A DNA stretch of 63,910 nucleotides, counting the filler, from Octopus bimaculoides (Eukaryota), in the NCBI RefSeq assembly GCF_001194135.2. It is 4 parts of 4 records of this genome, joined end to end, with 100 filler letters (N's around TTAATTAATTAA, not from the genome) between each part and the next. Parts side by side here need not be neighbours in the genome. Positions count along the whole stretch, not along the records: positions 20,143 to 31,478 come from NC_068991.1; positions 31,579 to 62,793 come from NC_068983.1; 2 more parts are not named here. One strand, written 5' to 3'. Position numbers and translations under genes: made by a program. Shown here piece by piece: positions 26,670 to 42,156 of this stretch; positions within the stretch are counted from its first letter, which is position 1; each line of letters begins with the position of its first letter. The notes under the pieces were generated by a model, which was given only the letters and a program-made list of their open reading frames with translations, was not told the DNA's origin and ran no database searches.

Positions 26670-27345
26670 ACACGAAGTGCATTCCAGAAATTTTCAAACT
26701 TTTTAGGAGAGGCAGTTATATCCTAAATGTGGAGGCGCAATGGCCCAGTGGTTAGGGCAGCGGACTCGCGGTTGGAGGATCGTGGTTTCGATTCCCAGAC
26801 CAGGCCTTGTGTGTGTTTATTGAGCGAAAACACCTAAAGCTCCACGAGGCTCCAGCAGGGGGTGGCGGCGACCCCTGTAGTACTTTTTCACCCCAACTTT
26901 CTCTCACTCTTTCTTCCTGTTTCTCGAGTAAAGCTGTGATGGACTGGCGTCCTGTCCATCTGGGGGGGGGGGAGGAACACATACGCCATAGAAACTTTAA
27001 AAGGGCACATAAATATATAAATAAGTTATATCCTAAATAAGCTGATCTGGCAACTTTTGTTATTCCGGATTGAAGGACTTGGCTGTAACAGCCCCCTATG
27101 AACACACCCTACTAAACACTGCTTGTCACAGCTGACTATTTTGCAGAATGCTGTCAGGATGTTTGGAAGATTGTTATGTGATAAAGTTTTGTGATAAACT
27201 GGGTAAAAATGTTACAAACTTATGAAATGCTCCAAACTGCTTATGGATTAACTCGTATAAGCTAAGCATCTGTTTTATGCGGGCACAGGGGGTTCAAGGA
27301 TAGTAGAGAGGAGGTGAGAGATGATGAGATTTATGGGAGGGAGAG
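26670..27345 (+). mobile_element. Mariner 5' fragment interrupted by a SINE
   Basis: From 27181 a frameshifted N-terminus IKFCDKLGKN..TYEMLQTAYG...FKDSREEVRDDE. TIR-like sequence near 26670. Confidence 0.7.
26729..27023 (+). mobile_element. tRNA-derived SINE (GGAGGCGCAATGGCCCAGTGG head) with 15-bp TSD
   Basis: A/B boxes present. AGTTATATCCTAAAT duplicated at 26714-26728 and 27024-27038. Confidence 0.88.
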
Positions 27346-29038
27346 AGATGTCAGAGCATCAAAGCTGGTTGAGAAAATTTAAAATTTTCTGGACAAAGAC
27401 GTTATGCATCTCTAAAAACAATAAACATAGAGTTTGAAGTTGGTGGGGCAACTATACATGAAAGTCTGAACATGTGCAAAGTTTGTGCAAAATTTGTTCC
27501 CAGGGTGTATACACATATGTATATACAAGGCAGGCTTCTTTCAGTTTCTGTCTTCCAAATCCACTCACAAGGCTTTGGTTAGCCTGGGGCTATAGTACAA
27601 GAAACTTGCCCAAGGTTTCACACAGTGAGACTGAGCCTGGGACCATTTAATTGGGAAGCAAACTTCTTACCGCACAGCCACGCCTACAACTATGTATATT
27701 AATTTTTAAAATTTTTATGTTTTATATTTGTGGGTGGGGTGCAGAAAAAACGGTGGGAATTGTTAGTGTTTTATTTCATGTATTTCTATTTTATTTAGCG
27801 GCACTTTGTTGTTGTTGATGGTGGTGTCGGTGTTGCATTCACTACTGACACAACAGTCAAAAGAGAATAGAAAAAGACCAAAAAGATACGTTGAAACAGA
27901 TATCATGTCCTTGTAGTTCCCAAATGTCTATAAAAGCGACACTGAACTAAGTTGATTTCAATGTGAAGAGATACATGAACTAAAATATTAGTAAAAAGAA
28001 ATAAGGAAAGCAAAGTTTTGGAAGTATAAAACTAAAAACACTTGTTTTGCCTTGAAGCAGGAAGACATTGGTGGGGTAGGGGTGGGAGCCGAGAAAAAAA
28101 AACAGAAAATTCTGTAATATCTCAAAAATAAATCTCAAGTAAAATATAATAGAATAGAATTTAAATGCTAGTGGAAATAATCAAATCTCTACAAATTAAA
28201 ACTAATTTCCTGCACTGAATGCACAAAAACCTCCCCCAAAAAAACAAAAACAAAAAAAAAATAATGAAAATACTTAAAACAATAAAAACCAACCGAAGAC
28301 ATTGAAGTAAATATTAATATTAATATTACATCATATTTATGTTATTTTGGGATAATATCTAAAGAGACACAACACTGTGGTGGTGGTGGTGGTGATGTTG
28401 GCGATAAGTGGCGATGGTGTGGGTGGGTAGGGGGAGAAAGGAAACGACAATGACGATGCACCAAGGCAGCAAATAGAAAATGTCAATACATTTTCATGCT
28501 GAATCAGGAAAATAAATGAATGAATCAGTGAAATAAATGGAGACTGACAACGACAGTGGGGAGACCATTTAAGCATTCATAAGAAAATAACTTAACGTCT
28601 AGACATCAAATCAAAAGATTGGAGCCGAGCAAAATTTCTTATTTCGACCATTTTATAATCCTATATTAACAATAGAAATTTAACATTAAAGAAATTTGAA
28701 GTCTATGAAAGATTGAAAGATATAATACTATCAAAGTCACTGAAATATATGCTTAACCAAACTAAATTTTTCTCTCCTCTAACACTGTTATCATCTTGTT
28801 GGCATCCAATTTTCCATAAAAGCATGAGACAGACAAATCTCAATGAGATAAGTTTTCTAGGGTTGATTGCTCTTCCTATTACTAATCTTCATTTGTTTCC
28901 ATTCAAGACCCTATATCTCCTAGTCTTTCAGGCACTAAAAACCCAGGCATGATTTCACAACAGATGAAGATAAAACCAATATTTATACAATGGTGACGTT
29001 GTTTAATTGATAAACAAACAATGCCAAGACAATGGGTA

Positions 29039-29085
<47 letters not shown>

Positions 29086-29256
29086 ACACAGAGTAGTTGG
29101 TGTCAGGAAGGGCATCAAATTGTAGAAACAGACCATTTCAAAACAAACAATGGTACCTGGTGTGACTCCTGGTCTTGCCATCTCCTGTCAAACTGTCCAA
29201 CCCATACCAGCAAAGCGAATGGATATTAAATGATGATGATGATGATGATGGTGATG

Positions 29257-31478
<2,222 letters not shown>

Positions 31479-32141
31479 NNNNNNNNNNNNNNNNNNNNNN
31501 NNNNNNNNNNNNNNNNNNNNNNTTAATTAATTAANNNNNNNNNNNNNNNNNNNNNNNNNNNNNNNNNNNNNNNNNNNNGAATCTTTATGATATAACACAT
31601 ATTCGTAGAAAATTTCATTAAAAAATATCCATTTTTCTGAATGTTATGATCATCCAAAGTCAGTGAGGAGGGGGGGGGAGAAATCTGAAGTTATGCGAAA
31701 AATATATTTATTTCAAGTGATGGCCACACGGAAAACGGGCATTAAATGAAAATTCTAATCATTATTTCTTAAATATTCATCTTAGTATATTGTACTACTT
31801 ATATGGTAATAGTGTTATACATAATACATTAAGTAACCTCCCTTGTGGTACGAAAACCTGCGTCTGCATGACCTCTATTGTGATGGTGCCACGATAAAAT
31901 ACAGAGTGGCTGGTATTAGGAAGAATATTTACTCATAGAAACCATATAAAAGAAATATTTTTGTACCATACTCCAGCATTTGTCCTTGCAGTTACCGTCT
32001 GTAGCTCCTGTTATTGTGATCATCGTTGTTATCTGTTACTTTATCGGTTGTTGCTGGTGTTGTTTTATTCAATCATATTCTTTAAACTGGAATATATTTT
32101 CTTAATTTTATTGTTCGTGTAGTAAGCTACGAAATTCTTAC

Positions 32142-32234
32142 ATTCTCTCGTGGTCCCAGCAGACAATGGAAAAAGGCAAGGTTGGATGCATTGGGACGGG
32201 CACTCTGACTGAATCCCAGGGTGATGAAAACCAT
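32142..32234 (-). CDS. Candidate first coding exon of a minus-strand gene
   Basis: ATG (32234) to a strong GTAAGA donor, exactly 31 codons: MVFITLGFSQSARPNASNLAFFHCLLGPREN. Non-repetitive, GC-richer than its surroundings. Product not recognised. Confidence 0.25.
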
Positions 32235-32579
32235 ATTGTTTTCATATTTTTGCTTCCATTTTTATATGTCTTTTGTCCACATGATTGTGGTACTTATTAT
32301 TACCCAGTGACATTAAATTCACAATTGTGACATTAAATTCACACTGCAGTGACAGTGTTTGTATATTTTACTGTGACTGCATCAAGCAATGAACCTATGC
32401 ATGTAGGCTTTCCTTACCTTAATTTAGGGTACTGAACTCTATGAACATCTTCTAGCCCTATTAGTCGAGGAAAAGACAAATAAGCACTCTTAAGTACTTG
32501 AGTGTGTAGCTACTTCTAGTTACTGTATGAACATTTTGATTATTTCTCGTAGATCCAACTGTTATTTTTATTTTATATC

Positions 32580-32930
32580 ACCTGTGCGGGTGACACGTAA
32601 AATACACCATTTCGAGCGTGGCCGTTGCCAGTAAGACATTCGAGCGAGATTGTTGCCAGTGCCGGTGGACTGGCTCCTGTGCAGGTGGCACATAAAATAC
32701 ACCATTTCGAGCGTGGCCATTGCTAGTACCGCCTGACTGGCCTTCATGCCGGTGGCATGTAAAAGCACCCACTACACTCTCGGAGTGGTTGGCGTTAGGA
32801 AGGGCATCCAACTGTAGAAACTCTGCCAATTCAGATTGGAGCCTGGTGCAGCCTTCTGGCTCACCAGTCCTCAGTCAAACCGTCCAACCCATGCTAGCAT
32901 GGAAAGCGAACGTTAAACAATGATGATGAT
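32580..32930 (+). mobile_element. RTE LINE 3'UTR end with tandem subrepeats
   Basis: High similarity to 1-324. Repeated CACCATTTCGAGCGTGGCC unit and a GAT tail. Confidence 0.85.
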
Positions 32931-33530
32931 CACAAATGAGCAACAATAGCATTGTTGGTTTTAGATTGCTACTTTTAACGTCTATCTGGGAGTTAGAGTG
33001 ACAAGGAATAATCTGTGCAAAACATACTATTTTAAAAATTATTCTTTATAAGAATATAATCAACCCAGCCCTTGCAATTAAACTGGTTTCATCAGTCCTT
33101 TAACTAAATTCTAGGTCATTATTTGACAGCACTGTCATTGGAATGTCAAATCTAGGAAAGACAAATAATAGAAATTTTGTTTCATTTTTCTGCATTATTA
33201 CTATTTCGGTTCCTTTACTAATATTTACATCATTCACCATTTGTAAATAAATGTTACATGCATATATTTAGTAAATATTCTTTACCTTCATTGTCCTAAA
33301 TAGTTACTGTGATTAAATCAAAAGGTTCTGTCTGCTGAAGGGAATGAAGAGCAGCTTGAGTAGTTTTGCTTGTCATTTCAAGTTCATAGCTTGAAAAATG
33401 CAATGAACAACAGAGACCTGTAGTATAACCACATAGTCTATTTGCATAACTTAGCCATAAGTGTGTATGGTAAATGTATGCTTGTAAATTAATTTATAAA
33501 CTTGAGAATATGGACACTGTATTAGTACTT

Positions 33531-33570
<40 letters not shown>

Positions 33571-33943
33571 TGTATATATTATTCATGATGCTATTTAGAT
33601 GCTGTTTCTAGTAGGCCAAGCTAGTACAAGCTAGTATGTTTAGTTACATGTAATATTCCTCAAGCTGTGGCCAAATTAACAAGATCACTTGACCTGCTGG
33701 AAATAGTAACCAAATGCCCCTAGAATCACTCACTGTAGAATATTTATAAAAGATGGAATTATGGTGGATGATTTAAAGCTAAAATTAAAAATTATTTTTA
33801 ACTAAACTAGAATAAAATACTCTCCATAAACCAATTTTTATATCAACTGGATTGACAAAAATTATTAATTAATACTAATTTGAATTCATTGGTTTCAATG
33901 ATTTTCTTTATTTTTAATATATTTTTATATTATTTTACTTTAG

Positions 33944-34012
33944 AGCTCACAGCATCTTTTCGAGGCCGTCCCTTAAATGGTAAAATTTTGACACCTCCTC
34001 AAGGATATGAAA
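33944..34012 (+). CDS. RNASEH2C: Ribonuclease H2 subunit C, internal exon (upstream coding exon not located)
   Basis: Long U-rich tract+TAG acceptor, GTGAG donor, 69 nt phase 1-1. (E)LTASFRGRPLNGKILTPPQGYE carries the RNase H2C 'SFRGR.L.G....P.G' motif. Confidence 0.9.
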
Positions 34013-34162
34013 GTGAGTTAATGAGAAAATTTCTGTATATCCATTTTCTTTCTCCTGCTTTTAGTAAAAAGAAATGATATTATGTACTATGCTGTCTGTG
34101 TAACCTTAGGTATGGCATTTAACCTATTTAACCTTCTCTCCTATTCACTATACCTTACTGTC

Positions 34163-35694
34163 CATTTAATGAGGGATGATATTGAAGCCATATCTATTCA
34201 TTCCCCATCACTCTACCTCTTTCACACATCATAATGCCTATGTATAAAGGATTTCATTGTATCTGTACCCAATACACTCTGCCATCATTCTCTCTTCCCA
34301 GGCCTCATCATCTCTAACATTCTCTATCTTTATTGATAGGCATTGCTCTTTCTATCACTCTCTCACTCCACTTATAATCTTGTTCCTTTAATCTACATAA
34401 CATGGTTTTTCTTGTCATTGTTCTCTCTGATATTCACTTTCTGGCTTATGTTGCTTTGAACTAATGAATCCACCAGTGAGTAGTGAGGACTCTCTAGTCT
34501 TACATTGCAGAAGGCAACATCACTAATGCTGGTGCTGCTATGAAATATATCCAATACACTCTATAAAGTGGATGTGGAATGAACAGGGACAACATGGGGT
34601 TGAGAAAACTCTTTAGTGTTAAGAACAGGGTGACCTCTTCAACAAAAATGAATGATCCTTGTAACCCATTATCTCTGCTTGCCAACCACCAGTTTACATA
34701 GTATACTACCAACAATAGTAGAGTTGCCATGTACCCTGAAGATTTGAGTCCTTGCTATTCTGTAAAATGTTTGTTCATTTAGGATTGCTTGACTGAGGAG
34801 ATGAACAGAAGTGACAGGTGTGATGGAAGAATGAGGATGAGTGGGAGAGAAACGAGAGAGTGATGGTTGAAATGAATGGGTTGTTAGATTGGTGTAAGTT
34901 ATAAGAAAGTGATAAATACAAGAGCAGTGGATTATGGAGCAGGTGATCTAAGAGGAGAGTATAGACGAAGTAATGGTAGATATTCCTTGGGGATATTCCT
35001 TGGGGTGAGCAAGAAAGTTAGGTAACTATCATGAGAGGGCAGGGTTGATTATTGGAGAGATGAGAGGGCCAAATTGATCTAGTAACTCTGAGCATAATGC
35101 AGTATGGAGGAGTGATCTACTGCCTTTTGTCTCACTGACAACCTGGTGCAAAGAGCGTGAAAAGGTGTTAGAGTATTAGAGAGGTGAGAAACAAGCATGA
35201 ATGATAGTAATGAGCAGTGGAGGCATGAGTGATAAGTAGGGGTGATAGGAATACTCATTATTCTGAGATGTTCAAGGGAACATAAGAGGATAGAGCAATG
35301 ACAGAAGGCATTGCGATAGTGATGTCAGACAAAGAGACAAGATGATTGGATAAAAGGAGCATGAGTAAGATGGCAGTACAGGAAAGGGTGGTGTGAAGGT
35401 AGATTGTAAGGTAGTCTTTTTATATACAGGCACAAAGTCAAATGTGCAATTGGTGCTTACACTGCACTTGTGCATCTGGCTTATGTTGCTTTGAGAGAGT
35501 GGTAGAAAGAGCAATGCCTATCAATAAAGATAGACAATGTTAGAGATGATGAGGCCTGGGAAGAGAGAATGATGGCAGAGTGTATTGGGTACAGATACAA
35601 TGAAATCCTTCATACATAGGCATTATGGTGAGTGAAAGAGGTAGAGTGATGGGGAATGAATAGATATGGCTTCAATATCATCCCTCATTAAATG
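34163..35694. repeat. 203-bp inverted repeat (34163-34365 / 35492-35694) in an RNASEH2C intron
   Basis: Direct base-by-base comparison gives about 5 mismatches. Confidence 0.92.
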
Positions 35695-36791
35695 TGCATC
35701 TGTCACATAAAGTCTACTTTCTCTATTAGCCTGCTTGTGATTCCTTTCCACTGGATATTTCATGGAGATTTTTATCTTTTTTACATATCAAACATGGCTG
35801 TTTCTTTGGTTATAGTGATTGTGTTGCTCTTCTTTCTTTCATCTTTGCTAAGTTTAGTTCAAAGCATCTTGATTGCAAGTCATGTTTGTATATCTGGGGT
35901 TTCTTCTCTATATCTCCTATAGATTCAACTGTAAGAAAGAGATTATTAGCAAACTCCTTTTTTTGGAGATTCAAAGGACTATAAACAGGAAGGGGCTGAG
36001 GAAGAGCCCCTTCCTGCTTATAGTCCACTATACTCATTGCCAACTCTTACCTTGTTGACTGCTCCTGTATATGGTTTGAACAGCCCTTACAAGCCATTCA
36101 TCTATTCCTAATTTTCTTAGCAACAACTTTTCTATTACAGATTATTGGACTCTCCCAGAGTCAATAAATGCTTTGTATCGTACCTTATTCCTAACCAAGA
36201 ATTTCTCCTGCAGTCATCTTCCAAGCACCTAGCCAAATTGCATTTCATCTAGTGTACTTCTCTTCTTGATTATTTGTGCTAAAACATTTTCGGTAACTTT
36301 CATAATCTGGTCCATCAACTTATTGTCTCTGTACTTTTTCTTCTCTGTTGTACTTGACAATATTGTTACAACACCTTCCTGTGCTGCACGATTGGCTATG
36401 CACTTGTTCACCATGTGACTTACCTTCTCCGATATTTTCAGCATCTCAGTGACTGCACCTGGTAGTCCAGTTGCCTTTTTTTTACCTTTGTAGCATTAAT
36501 CACTCTACTATACTGCTATCAACTTGGATGACCAACCCTTCTTTTTCTACTTAGAGCATTTCATCTCTACTCCATACATCCTCAACATTCAGTAATCTTT
36601 CTTATTAACATTTTCATGCTTCTTTTTTGCACATTGGTAAGGGGACTTCACCCAATGAGATCTCAATTTTAACACACATTCTTGCAGTCCAAAACACCTT
36701 ACACACATTGTAGAACAGCTGAATGGTTAAAACCAGTAAACGAATGTGTATGTACACGTATGCTTATTTATTCTCCAAAATCCATTTTCAG

Positions 36792-36955
36792 GTATGATTG
36801 TAAAAGAGAAAAAAGTACCACTGTCTGAAGAAGAGGATAGACAATTTTCTATTGTTGCCAGAGTTCCTCAGTTTACGTATTGGAATCTTGATAAGCCTAC
36901 TACAGATGAAGACAAACTTGCTAAGGCTTTAGTTTTTACAGAAATAGCTCGTGAG
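36792..36955 (+). CDS. RNASEH2C: Ribonuclease H2 subunit C, exon
   Basis: TTTTCAG acceptor, GTAAA donor, 164 nt phase 1-0. (S)MIVKEKKVPLSEEEDRQFSIVARVPQFTYWNLDKPTTDEDKLAKALVFTEIARE matches the 'F..FTLW..(D/E)..P..D.....AL.W..(L/I)A' C-terminal block. Confidence 0.9.
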
Positions 36956-38475
36956 GTAAAAATTTTGTTATTATTATTGAGCAAAAAGTTATGCAGTATG
37001 TAGTTGAAGTTCTTTACATTCTAAATTTAAATCCTACTTGGGTTGGTTTTCACCTTTTTTCTTACCTTCCAGACAGGAAAAAAATGAGTAAAGTGTTCTA
37101 CAGCAAAGATCCACTCCTGTTGCCAAATCCTGAGCTGTATGAAACCATAGTTCAAATAGTTCCAACTTTTGAACCTAAAACAATAACACTAAGTTCTCTT
37201 CTGTGCAAGAAATATGGTTTAGCCTCATTTTAGAAAGAACTTGACCTCTCAAAGACTTCCTGTTTGCACTGTTTTTTTTTGTTTTTTTTTTTCCCCCCAT
37301 TTTACTAAGTATATTTCTCCAGACTTTTTTCTATTGAAATTTCTGTTTAATAGTGGTTAATACCTCCAAGTAGTGACTTAGAATTATTGATATTATTTAT
37401 TAATGATTTAATAAAGAAATCCATATCTTGTAAATATAAGTAAAAATACATATAATCAACTATATTCAGCCTACCATGGCAGATGAAAGGATTCATGCAG
37501 GGTTTTTTTTCTTGGTCCCCAGTTATTTGTTGCATACATTAATGAAATAGATGCCAACTTGAAGCATGTTACTGTGTTAAAATACACATAACATTAAGCT
37601 GTACCTTAAGATAAAAAGAACAGATTCTAAATACTTTAGGTCTTTCCTGTTATCTGACCTAGGCACTGTGCAACAATGGATTGCAGACTGTCAACTCAAG
37701 TTTGTTGTACACAAATACATCTCTTATATTTTAGGAGGAAGAACCCAGAATTTACCTTCTCTCTTCACAGTACCAACTTTAGGAAGTATGCTGGTGAAAG
37801 TGACCTAGGCATTTTGTGAACAATGATCTGCATTGGGCAAACCACATTTTTAAATCATAACAAAGGCTGAGTGTATCTTAGCATCACTCAGTAAGGTCTT
37901 TGTCAGTCACTCACTTACTATCTATTTAAAACTATATTGTACATTCACACACTTTACTGCTGCATGTTGAAACCCCTGTTTTGTCCAGAACAGTGATTTA
38001 CTAGAAGCTTTCTAGAAACATGCAACCAGACAAATACCTTCTTTTAGTCACTTACTATATCTTGAACGTGCTGCTTCTCTGGGCATAAACACATTAAGAT
38101 ATTGATGTCTAGCAGCTGACTTGGTAGAAGCTCACAAGATTATTCACCATCTTTCCAACAACTTTGGCCACTGTATACAATAAGTTCATTATAACAAAAG
38201 CAAGAGTATTTTTCTCCACAGATACAGGAGACCTTCATTGTGCTCTAAAAAGGGCAGTTAGAGTTAGCCCTGGTTGATGTGTGGAGTGAGATCAATATAA
38301 TATAGACCTATATGCATTATTTTTCAAACCAAGAATGAGTTGAAGAGACAGAGTGAGTTAGTGTATCCAGACTAATCTCACATTATATGAAATAAAGAAA
38401 TACATCAAACCTTGACTTATTGTAACTTTTCTACAATATGGAATAATAATGTATTTGAAGAACAAACTCAAGAAG

Positions 38476-39075
38476 CTGCTTAAAGAAGTACCAATCACTG
38501 AAAGTGGATGGTACTTGCAAAAGAGGGAGACCCAGGAAGACATAGGATGAAATGGTAAGGACCAATCTCAGGATGTTGGGCCTCACGGAGAGAATGACAA
38601 TAGAGCGAAATGTCTGGCGATATAAAGTTCTTGAGAAGACCCACCCATGTCAGCGAAACTGAGTTCTAGAAGTGCTGTGTGTCCCACTCACACTTAACAA
38701 GGAAACTTCTCACACACTCTACCACAACAAACCAAACTACGTCTCTACATCTCTTCTCTTCCTCACATTTCCGCTTCATACACTATGCTTACCTCAAACT
38801 CAGCTGCATAAAGAAGTACCAATCACTGAAAGTAGATGGTACCTGCAGAAGAGGGAGACCCAGGAAGATATGGGATAAAATGGTCAGGACTGATCTCAGG
38901 ATGTTGGGCCTCCTGGAGAAAATGACAATGGACCGAGATATCTGGCATTATAAAGTTCTCGAGAAAACCCACCCACACTTAACAAAAAAACTTCTTGCAC
39001 ACTACCACAACAAACCAAACTATGTCTCTGCATCTCTTCTCTTCCTCACATTTCCGCTTTATGCACTATGCTTAT
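38476..39075 (+). repeat. Diverged tandem duplication of an RTE C-terminal fragment plus flank
   Basis: TAAAGAAGTACCAATCACTGAAAG at 38481 and 38809 (period 328). The second copy has a ~43-bp deletion. Confidence 0.8.
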
Positions 39076-41435
39076 CTCCTACTCCCCAATCCTGTCCTCT
39101 TGGCTATGTGCCACTGTATCATTGCTCTCTGCTAGCCCCTGACCTGTGTGTTCCACCCACACGTAACAAACCAATCTACATCACATCTCTTCCTTACATT
39201 TCTTCTTTCATACACTGTGCCTAGCTCTCACTCTTCAATCTGATCCTTACAGCCTGATACTCTGTATCATTGCTATCTAGTAGCCTCCTGATTCTATATA
39301 TACCCAAGATTTTGCCACTCACCATCCCCCTGTACTCTTTAATCACACTTCCTTTGCAATATCTTGCCACTTATATTATGCCACCATCTATATCTCTCTT
39401 CCTTTACTCAACCACCCCATTTATATTCTTGATTTTTACATCCAGCTGTAAAAATCCTGCCAAACAGTCACAGAAGTCTGGTGCAGGCTTCTGCCTGGCC
39501 GCCTCTTGTCAAACCATTCTACCCATGCTAGCATGGAAGGCAGATGCTAGACGATGATGATGATGATGATGACTTATTTCATCATCATCGTTTAACATCC
39601 GTTTTCCATGCTGACATTTATTGGATAGTTTGACTGAGGTCTGGAGAGCCAGCAGCTGCACCAGGCACCAATCTGATCTGGCAATGTTTCTACAGCTGAA
39701 TGCCCTTCCTAACGCCAGCCACTCAGAGTGTAGTGGGTGTTTTTTTTTTTACATGCCACCAGCACAGAGCCAGTCAGGGGGTACTGGGATTGATCACGTT
39801 CAGATGGTGCTTTTTACGTGCCACCGGCATAAGAGCCAGTCAGTGGATACTGGCATCGGCCACAATTGGTTGGGGCTTTTTACGTGCCATCGCCAGTCAG
39901 GCAGACCTGATGAGAGAAAGAGAGAGAGAGAGAGAGAGAGCAACAGAAGCAGTATTAATACCAAAATGTAAAATATTCACCACTTAAAAGTAGATGTTGT
40001 ATTAGAACACACAATACTGTAATAATTACCAAGAAAGAAACTCTCATTTTGGTTTTACAGTGCATAAAAGCACATCATTGTTATCGCCACCAATTCCTCT
40101 CCCAGCACTGCAATATTGTGTGATTTCAGTCATTTGACTGGAGCACAGCCTTAAAAGGTCTAGTCAAATAAATCAATCCCAGTACTCATTTTTTAAGTCA
40201 GGAGATGTAAACAAACCAACACTTGTCAAGCAGTAGGAAGACAAAGATAAAGGCACAGACACACACAAACATAACAGACTTTCATACAGTTTCCATCGAT
40301 CGAATTCACTCACAAGGCATTGGTCAGCCTGAAACCATATAGTTGAAGAAATTTGCCCAAAGTGAAATGCAGTAAGACTGAACCCAAGATCATGGAGTTG
40401 CAAAGCTAGCTTCTTATCTACACAGCTATGTCTGCGCCTTTGTCCAGAAAATATCAACAGCATAAACAATATACTATATTTTCTGATATATTGTTCTCTA
40501 TCCATGAATATGGTTAAATTTCAAAACTTGAATCATCATCATTTAGTGTCTGCTTTCCATGCTGGCATGGGTTAGATGGTTTGATTGAAACTGGTAAGCT
40601 GGAGAGCTGCACCAAGTTCCAGTCTGATTTTGCATGGTTTTTACAGCTAGATACCCTTTCTAATGCCAACCAATCCAAGAGTGTAATGGGTGCTTTTTAT
40701 GTGTTACTAGCATGGGTGCCAGTTACATGACACAGACATCAGCCACCACTATAACTTCACTTGGCTTGATGTGTCTTCTCAAGCATGGCATATTGCCAAA
40801 GGTTTTGATCACCCGCCATCACCTCAGCGGGACCCAACATTCGAAGATCATGCTTCACCACCACATCTCATGTCTTCCTGGGTCTGCATCTTCCACAGGT
40901 CCCCTCCACAGTCAGAAATCGACACTTCTTAAAACAGCTGTCCTCATCTATAAACAAGGTTTACTAAAATTTTCTGCATTGTAGTTGAGAGGGTTCATCA
41001 TCTCGGTTGTTGCTAATATCTTCAGGATGAGGACCCTGAGTTTCTTAATCCACATTTATTTTAGAAACATCAATTCATATACTGAAGAGCATCTTTACAA
41101 ATGGAAGGTTTTCCTATTTCTAATGAAAGGGTAGCTTGGTTACGTGTCCAACTCCTTTTTATCCTTACTTGCACCCTCTAAACTTGTTGAGTCTAGAATC
41201 TTATCAAAATCTTCAAATTCAGTAAAAGCCAACACTTTGGATTTGAAGAATTTTCAGTATTTTTGACAGCTGCAGCAAGCCTCTTACAAATGAACTGTCG
41301 CATAGCCATCATATATTGATCTAAAAAAAAAATTTTTTTAATTAATAGAAGTTTGAGTTACCTGCAAATGCATTTTCTGTTTTTTTCCCCTTATTTTACT
41401 ATTTAAATATTGAACAAATTCTTGTGTTTTTCCAG

Positions 41436-41504
41436 CTCCATCAACGAGAAGAGGTGGAGGAAAATGATGAATGTAAAAATGATGGCAATTGTAGTACAGA
41501 TTAA
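41436..41504 (+). CDS. RNASEH2C: Ribonuclease H2 subunit C, probable terminal coding exon
   Basis: TTTTTCCAG acceptor, phase 0. LHQREEVEENDECKNDGNCSTD* gives ...IARE|LHQ, equivalent to the conserved A..(I/L)H end. AT-rich putative 3'UTR with AATAAA near 41814. Confidence 0.75.
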   Translation, partial: LHQREEVEENDECKNDGNCSTD

Positions 41505-42080
41505 TAGTTTGCAGTTTAAAAAGCCAGATAAAGAACAATGCAGTTTAACATCAATTACAGCACTGCAAGTAAATTTGGCTCTAAAATGATTACTCTTTGT
41601 CTTCTGTGTACATAGAAAAAAATGTATTGTGTATGTTTGTGTGTGTCCGTCTGTATAATGTATATATAATATAAGGGTGCACCTTTTTGATGCAAGTCTG
41701 ATGAAGTGCCACTCCAATGTAATTAACTGCACATTTTGCATAACGTTTCATATGAAATTATTTATGTGCAATTATGTTAGAAATGAAGTGGTACCAAAAC
41801 AATTGTAACTAATAATAAAGATGTGTTAAATCCCTTCCTTTTCTTTGGATTAATATATCAACTCATATGTTCCTTTTCAACCTTCTACATGAATGTATGT
41901 ATATATATGTTAAATTCAAATTAAAACAAACGTAAACAAACAAACAAAGTTTGCTTTTAGAAGTGTTGAGATGTCTTACAAAGTTAAAGAAGTGATTTTA
42001 AATTCTCAATTGCAGAATAATGCTAATAATATAGCCTGAACAGGATAAACTACCCCTATTTTGCAGAAAAAAGTGTAGGT

Positions 42081-42156
42081 GGTTAGCTGTGGTCTCGAAC
42101 TCACATCTCCGTGATTACGCGTCACGATGCTTTGATCGATTGAGCTAAACTCCCCC
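42081..42156 (-). pseudogene. tRNA-Thr(CGT)-like head within a 311-bp tandem unit
   Basis: GGGGGAGTTTAGCTCAATCG... Perfect anticodon stem CGTGA/TCACG with loop CGCGTAA and GTTCGA. The acceptor stem does not pair. Confidence 0.55.

Noticed and set aside
33302-33337. VTVIKSKGSVC* as the AGPAT terminal exon
   Set aside because: Weak similarity, 18 kb away and next to RNASEH2C; probably chance.
34500-35460. Purine-rich stretches (also 6240-6460, 18440-18900, 50500-51000) with short ORFs
   Set aside because: Probably very old LINE remnants; no motif is clear enough to assign, and there is no support for host coding.
37072-37086. Alternative RNASEH2C last exon TGKK*
   Set aside because: Lacks the conserved (I/L)H residue pair supplied by 41436-41504; cannot be excluded as a minor isoform.
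41698-41730. Other CTGATGA occurrences (41698, 39906, minus strand 13785 and 33085)
   Set aside because: No helix II followed by GAAA, so not hammerheads.
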